From positions 1 to 41,187 of the forward strand of contig JALJEE010001992.1 of assembly GCA_023231475.1 (NCBI GenBank): DNA of 41,187 nt, in the 5' to 3' direction. The translations under genes were made by a program, and so were the position numbers. Of the stretch, positions 34,721 through 41,187 are shown piece by piece. The stretch comes from Seison nebaliae. Lineage: Eukaryota. The notes beneath the pieces were generated by a model, which saw only the letters and a program-made list of their open reading frames with translations, had not been told where the DNA came from and did no database searches. Numbering within the stretch: position 1 is the stretch's first letter; the number at the start of each line of letters is the position of its first letter.

Positions 34721-37700
34721 ATGGCACAACAGGAAATCAATCAAAGTACCACATCGAATTACATTTCAATTGAGGAAGAAAGAAAAATAGAGAAGAATAC
34801 GAAGGCAACTATCGATGAACTTCGATCTTTTCATTCCTCCCACCACCATTCAACAACAAGTACTATTCAACCATTTCAACAATCAACTGATGAAAAGTTC
34901 TTCAATGGAATTGACGTGAGCAATGACATGAAAAAAGGTCAAATTGAACAGAAGCAACAACAACCACAACAACAACAACGACAGTTTAAATCGCGATCTC
35001 AAAAGAAACAACATCAACAACAACATTCGACAATCGATCCACAACCGTATGATCGACACTTCTCACAAATTAAACAGAAACATCGATCGAAACAATTGTA
35101 TCAGAAACAACAATGTTCAATCGCATCATTGCATGGACCAGACAAACTAGTTAGTTTATTAAATTAGCAAAAATGTGATGGGTTGAATGAACATCAATTT
35201 TATTCTTCCACCTCGCACGTCTAGGTGACGCAATTAAAAACATTTCGACAATCATTCAATATATTTTTGACGATGTGAATTGGGAAAGAATTTATCTTTT
35301 GATTGAATGAGGACTTTACACGAAATAAGTAAATAATAATTAATGATAATAATAGTTAGAGTGATCTCTCATACTATTCATCTAGTCATCTATCATTCTC
35401 ATTTAAGTCTTTTTTCCTACCTCCATTGTCATAGTACAGTTGAGTAGATGTATGGAATGACTGTAAATAATTAGAATTTCAATCGATAATAAATTAGAAT
35501 ATGCGCATCATTTTCCACATCCGCCCATATGTGTATAGGCGGGTGCGCTTTCGCCCCAATCGGTAGTGATTCGCAAAGATTTGTGATAGAGAATAAACAT
35601 AACACCAAACGACTGATGGAGAACGACATCTTTCAGGCGATCGATATGGACAGTGGCTATTTGGAAAGAATATTGAGTAATTTGCATAAATTAGTTAGAA
35701 CTAATTGAGCATGTATTCGGATATTGCCATCTTCCCATTGAACTTCATCGTCAACTCTATTCTAGTAAAATCCGTTCCTTAGACAATTATTGATAATAAG
35801 TGATGGAAAGTCTATTAATATTCTATTAATTCTAATACGTATACGTACCATTGTGTGACAATATGCCATAATGTTTATTCTGATTGATTCGATTATTTAT
35901 CAATATCACGAATGATGATTGCATCAATCTATCTCTTCTTTTAAACCGCACAAAATCGACATCATTGGTAATTTATATTCATCGAATCCATTTGACATAT
36001 ATAGATGAGTATTCTTCTTATCATTTCCCGCACAGGGAGTCGATTGTTTACTGATTTGTATTTATTCAATTCCTTTTTTTATTAAACTACAAAAGTACCG
36101 GGAGGCTTTGACTCTTCAAACAACCAATAATTTCATAATTCTTTCATTCGACGAAACTTGAAGTGAAGTAATTCATCTAACAAATAAAACTTGCCAGAAG
36201 AAATTTGGAATGACTCTTGAAGAAATTCGCCTCTTCTCGATGATTCGGAGAAGGAGGGAGGGGGAAAGAAGTTTTATTTCAATAGAGTAGAACATATTTT
36301 TCCTATCCATTTGTTCTACACACATAAGACTAAATGCATATGGTTCTCTTCCATATGCAACAATACTACATCCATAAGAGCAGTAATTGTAAATTGAATA
36401 TGGCGAGTCCGGAAGATATTCCGTCATATTACATCATATCATCTATTAATAAAAATTTTTCCCCATTTTATTTCAGATGTATTTTATTAATTTCCAATTT
36501 ATCCATTCCATTTCTTCCCCATCTTATTGTTCTTATTCTCATTTCCATTCTCCGTTTCTCGTTCGTTACTTCTCCGAACTTTCAATTGAGAACAATACAA
36601 ATGATTGTACGGGGGGAAGTGGAGAAACTAGAGATTTCCATCAATCTTATTTATTTTCTTCTCACCTTCTTATCTATTCACATTTCCTGTTCTTCTTCTT
36701 CTTCAACTTTAATCCATCGCATTCCGATAGGTAAAATACTATTACCGTCTCAAATAAAGAGACGTTACATAACAAAATCATTCGCCATGTAACTTACTTA
36801 CTAATGTTCGTTTTTTTCTTCTTTGATAATTTAAGGTACAAATATTAGTTCGTTTGGAATGTCGATATGATGGTGTTACATGCGTTTTTACCAAAAAGCG
36901 AACTGATGCAATTACGAATATAATTTATGAGCAGATTGCTGTTGTATCAAATATTTCTGAATTTCCTTTAGCTACTAATAGTCATCATCCGAACATAACC
37001 GATATTAATTACACTTTCAATTCACCACAAACGAATAATAGTCAAAACATTAATTTTCGAAACCACAACAACAACAACAAGAGCAACACCCAAAATATTA
37101 ATCGACTAATGTATGCATCGGTTAATACTGAACATCGTCATGAAAATATGGAATCAAACCTTTCCACCATGCATCAACAAAAACGATTCAACGCTCAAAT
37201 ATATACGGTCGATGTGATTGTCAGGACGTTGGAAGATGGCATATCAAATGTTAATCATTTAATTCAAATCTTATTAAATTCTATTAAATTTTATTTAGTA
37301 CGAGAATCGATTAAGTGAAAAGATAGCGGATAACATTTTAAATCGAAGGAATATGGATGACATTCCTCATCCCTTAAGTAATCTGGTGATGTGTTATGAT
37401 GTTACCTGTGTAAATGAACGACAATTATTAATGTGTGGTAGTTTATTGACTCATGGAATCTGCTCGAAATATGGCCATAATCGAGGATTGATCTATTCCG
37501 TTTGTAGTATTATCATTCAAACGATTTGTATGAAAACGTATCGATGTGAAATGAGTGCAATCGAAATTGATATGACTCAACAGAGTTGTAGAGATTTGCT
37601 GTTACCCAACGAACATTCAACTCTTGACAATTTAGAAAAATGTCCGATAACTGATCTCCAATCATTGGAATTGTGTTTACATACCATATTCCATCGACGA

Positions 37701-39623
37701 GAAAGACAAACGGCGAAATTGAACACGGTAAACTATAACATGAAAGTGAATGACAATGAAGATGAAATAATTACATATTTCCCTGGTCACTTACTTCTGT
37801 TATTGGTGATAACAAATAAGGATAAGATCGATGGTCGAAAAGAAATTATCCATTTTTGGGATTTAGGATTATTCCCCAAATCTATCGAATCTTTATGTAC
37901 TGTGAAACATGCTCTCTCTTTATCTCAATTTGGAAATTTATTAGTTCATTTATTGAATGAGAGGAAACAGAATGAGAAACATTTGAGTCAACATTCGAAT
38001 TTCAATAAAATTCATTCGAATGAAAATGAATTAAAGAAATTGAAGAAATTAATGAAATGTTCATTACTTGGAATATTCCTCCGAATTATTCTCAATTATC
38101 CACATTCATATTTTCATCAAAATTCATCAAACTATCGGAAAGTCAGAAAAAATTTCAAATGTCAATTAGTTGCTACAATCAGTGGATTGATCGAATATCA
38201 AAGTGAAACACAACATACGTTGAGTTCGTGTTTGAAATTATGTAAAGCCGGAAATATGGTGAGTGATAATTCTGCATGTTCATTCATCTCTGATAATCGG
38301 CATGTCATCCAACAAAGTTTACCAATTGTAAATAAATATTTCCCCGATTATCAAAAAGAGTCAACGAGAGCTCCCTCCTCCAATCGCGATTATGATGAAG
38401 TGGTGGAATTGGATGATTTAAATTCCATCAGCGATATCGATCCGATGGAAGATGAATTTCTTAAGCAATTCGATGAGAAACCTCAAAATCTCATACGTTC
38501 CATGATATCTATGTATCAGTCGAATGATAAACAAACGAATAATAAAACATCGAATTCAAAAGAATTTCAAAAAGAGGAAATTACATCACCTCACTTCGAA
38601 ATTCCACCACCAGTTAAAACGGATACATTGTTAATTAACAATTCATCTATAAGGAAACTTTTGTCAAATACACAAATTTTATCGAAGTCAAATATTTTAT
38701 TGTCATCGCCAGTTAATCGTCAACACTCCCACTCAATTCTCGCAAACCATAACAATAATAATGTGAATTGTCATCAATTTCCACCGAATTATTATAATAT
38801 GAAAACTGTGACGGAGAAGAATTCCAATTATCAGAATCATTCAAACATTCTCATGAATGAGATGAATGAATTACGTGAAAAGTTGAAAGAAGAAAATCAG
38901 TTTCCAAATTTCCAAAGAACAAAATGTTTGAAGAATTATTCGAAATGTCAAGAACAATTTATAGATAAACATTTGGCGAATGCGATGGCCCATTGTCAAA
39001 TGAAGAGTAACACTCCAAAGAAAATTGTTGAGACTTCAGTAATTCGACCAAAACTACCCGATTTCAATATGCATCATCTACACAATCGTATTAAAGGAAT
39101 GTTGACGGATAATGAGACAACACAAGTTCATTTAAGACAACGTCCCACCACCTCAAAAATGTGGAACGTTAATAAATTGGATGATCATCAAAATCGAATA
39201 TCTCGTTACGTCTCACCAACCAGATATACCTTTTACACTCAACCAAGTGACACAAAACCTAAGAAAATAAAAAATAATTGTAATTACAACGTCCAAACTA
39301 ATGGGAGTTCTTATTCACATGATGTCAACACCATTTACGATGGATCACAATACAATTCGTTAGGTCGATTCCAACGACCAATAACAGCAAAAAATAATTC
39401 AAATTTTTCTTCAGAATTTATTGATAATATTGAGGGGAGTCATTGTCGTTATTCTGGAGATACAGGAAAATCATCGGAATCAGATAATGTAGAGATTCCG
39501 GGAAGAATATTCAACCAAAATTCTTCAGGTTACAATTCAACAAGATATTCACTAGCTTCATCTGAAGGTTCGGAAACCAGCTCATCAGTTAATGTTTCAA
39601 AAACATCATTCAATAAATCCTAA
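34721..39623 (+). CDS. KIF26/VAB-8-like (kinesin-11) protein with highly degenerate motor domain; 3 exons (introns 35150-36835, 37250-37298)
   Basis: DKL|VQILVRL, RGLI, MSAIEI..RDLL, IIHFWDLG, LSLSQFGNLL and LVATIS..SETQHTL follow the KIF26 motor-domain order. The N-terminus is Q-rich and the tail is long and low-complexity. Confidence 0.68.
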
Positions 39624-40319
39624 GAACTTCTCTCAATTAATTCTGCTACTTATACTTATACAGTGAAATTATTTCAAGTTTTTTTAGTTCAAAATAAATT
39701 TCTTTATCATCTCAATTTCTTTTCAAGATATTTCCTAATAATACATGATAATTCCGTATATGATAATTTATACTTACTATTCTCTTCATTATATCATACA
39801 ATCGTCTTTTAATTATCAGTTTGTGTTGAGGGTCAGTAATTACTTAATAAGGAAATTGTTCGATGACGTTGACTTCGACCATGATCTCACGATTGTAGGA
39901 AAATATTCCCGAGTAATATCAGAATTAATTCTGATAAATTTAGTGATTAAGTTGTAATAATTATTTATAATATAATAATGTATTATAAATAATATAATTT
40001 TATTATTTAGTTTTAGTTTTAAAAGAACATTGAGTTCTGTGAAAGGTGAACTTAAATTTAAGTCAACTCAACAATTTGTAGTAAGAATTATAATTAAAAG
40101 TTTATTGCACAAAATTGAGACATAATTTAACTAAATAGTTTCCAAACCATTGTTATAGAACAAAAAATAAACGAAATCGAACGAAATTATTCGACATAAA
40201 ATTAACTTGTTTTGTTTTTATGATTCTGTTTACTAATTACTTAATTAAATAGTAGTCGAATCATCGATTTTTTTCAGTGCACCGTAGCATCATATCCTCA
40301 TCATAATCCGTCAGTTTGA

Positions 40320-40660
40320 GCCACCATATCAACCATATCATTCGCCACCACATTCACCCCATTTTCATTTGCATTGACTACGTCATCAACCACCAACACA
40401 TTGACCATATTATCATTGACCTCATTGACCACCTCATCGTTCACGACATTGACCACTTCATCCACCACCACATTGACCACATCATCGTTCACGACATTGA
40501 CCACATCATCGAATCTCTTTCGACAAAAATTTCGACCAAGATTTCCATCTTAATTTGCTCCAAGATTTCCATCAGTGTTTCCACTCAAATCTGCTTGAAT
40601 ATTTCCACACAAATAACCATCTAAATTCCAACCAATATTTCCACCAAAGCTACCACCATT
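40320..40660. repeat. Degenerate 12-bp tandem repeats (ACCACATTGACC-type, then ACCAAGATTTCC-type)
   Basis: 12-nt periodicity gives HHID/ISTK on + and VVND/GNLG on -. A second ISTK-type tract lies at about 40805-40910. Confidence 0.75.
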
Positions 40661-40750
40661 TAATTTTAATTTTCTGATTTCAATTCTTTTCATTATAACA
40701 TTAAAGTCAACAAGATCGATTTTCCATTGTTAGGATGACAAAACTGTGGA

Positions 40751-41085
40751 TGATATATTTAACAAAAACATTTTTCCGGAAAGTAACAAATTTCGTGCAA
40801 TACTTGCCACCAATTTCGACCAAGATTTCCACCGACATTTCGAATAAGATTTCCATTAAGCCTTACCCCGCCATTTTGAGCAATATTTCCACGCAAATAA
40901 TAATCAGTTACCACAATAGGATTTATATTTTGAAACTTCAACCTTCTTCATTAAAGCTCCACTTATAAAGTAATAAGCACCAAGACTTCCACCGACCAAT
41001 GGAAAATTGGAATGAATTTTCAGTAGTTAGCGATGACGAAATGATTAGTGATATATTTAACAAGAACATTTTTCCGGAAAGTAAC
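40751..41085 (+). repeat. 37-bp direct repeat (40751-40787 and 41049-41085)
   Basis: TGATATATTTAACAA[A/G]AACATTTTTCCGGAAAGTAAC, one mismatch, 298 bp apart, each preceded by GATGAC. Confidence 0.85.
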
Positions 41086-41187
41086 TAGAAGCAATGAACA
41101 TTTCATCCATATATTCCCAATTGACATTATTTTCTTGGAAAATTTTTTGCATTTCACAATATGTCCGACTGAATTCCATTTGTTTTA

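Noticed and set aside
36173..36792. ORFs inside the long kinesin-like intron
   Set aside because: Pyrimidine-rich low-complexity translations. The direct DKL|VQILVRL junction fits the kinesin first strand without them.
40316..40624. His-rich ORF as a metal-binding protein
   Set aside because: Non-ATG start. It is one reading of a 12-bp tandem repeat that is open in several frames.

Overview
AT-rich, gene-dense genomic DNA from a compact-genome animal (the gene set and intron style suggest a small spiralian; this is inference). It uses the standard nuclear code with very short spliceosomal introns, mostly 42-64 nt. Genes I assembled by hand: caveolin, a synaptotagmin-like TM+2xC2 protein, an unknown protein, a candidate neuropeptide precursor, ERCC1, an SLC6 transporter, a myotubularin, TPK1, a MIT-like/coiled-coil ORF, a SENP/Ulp1 protease, a solo histone H2B, a secreted Arg/Pro-rich prepropeptide, a RIG-I-like helicase, mitochondrial GPD2 and a degenerate KIF26-like kinesin. 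The window also holds hAT and pogo transposase relics, two MITE-like inverted repeats and terminal 12-bp repeats. The main signal is a shifted splicing code. Of 40 introns placed using reading frame and protein homology, 38 start GTT and none start GTA, there is no +4..+6 AGT consensus, 10 end in AAG, and perfect GTAAGT sites in exons appear unused. Other leads are an SLC6 lacking Na1/Cl- ligands, a candidate antimicrobial peptide next to an apparently CARD-less RLR, and possible trans-splice acceptors. All homology calls come from remembered motifs; no database search was run.
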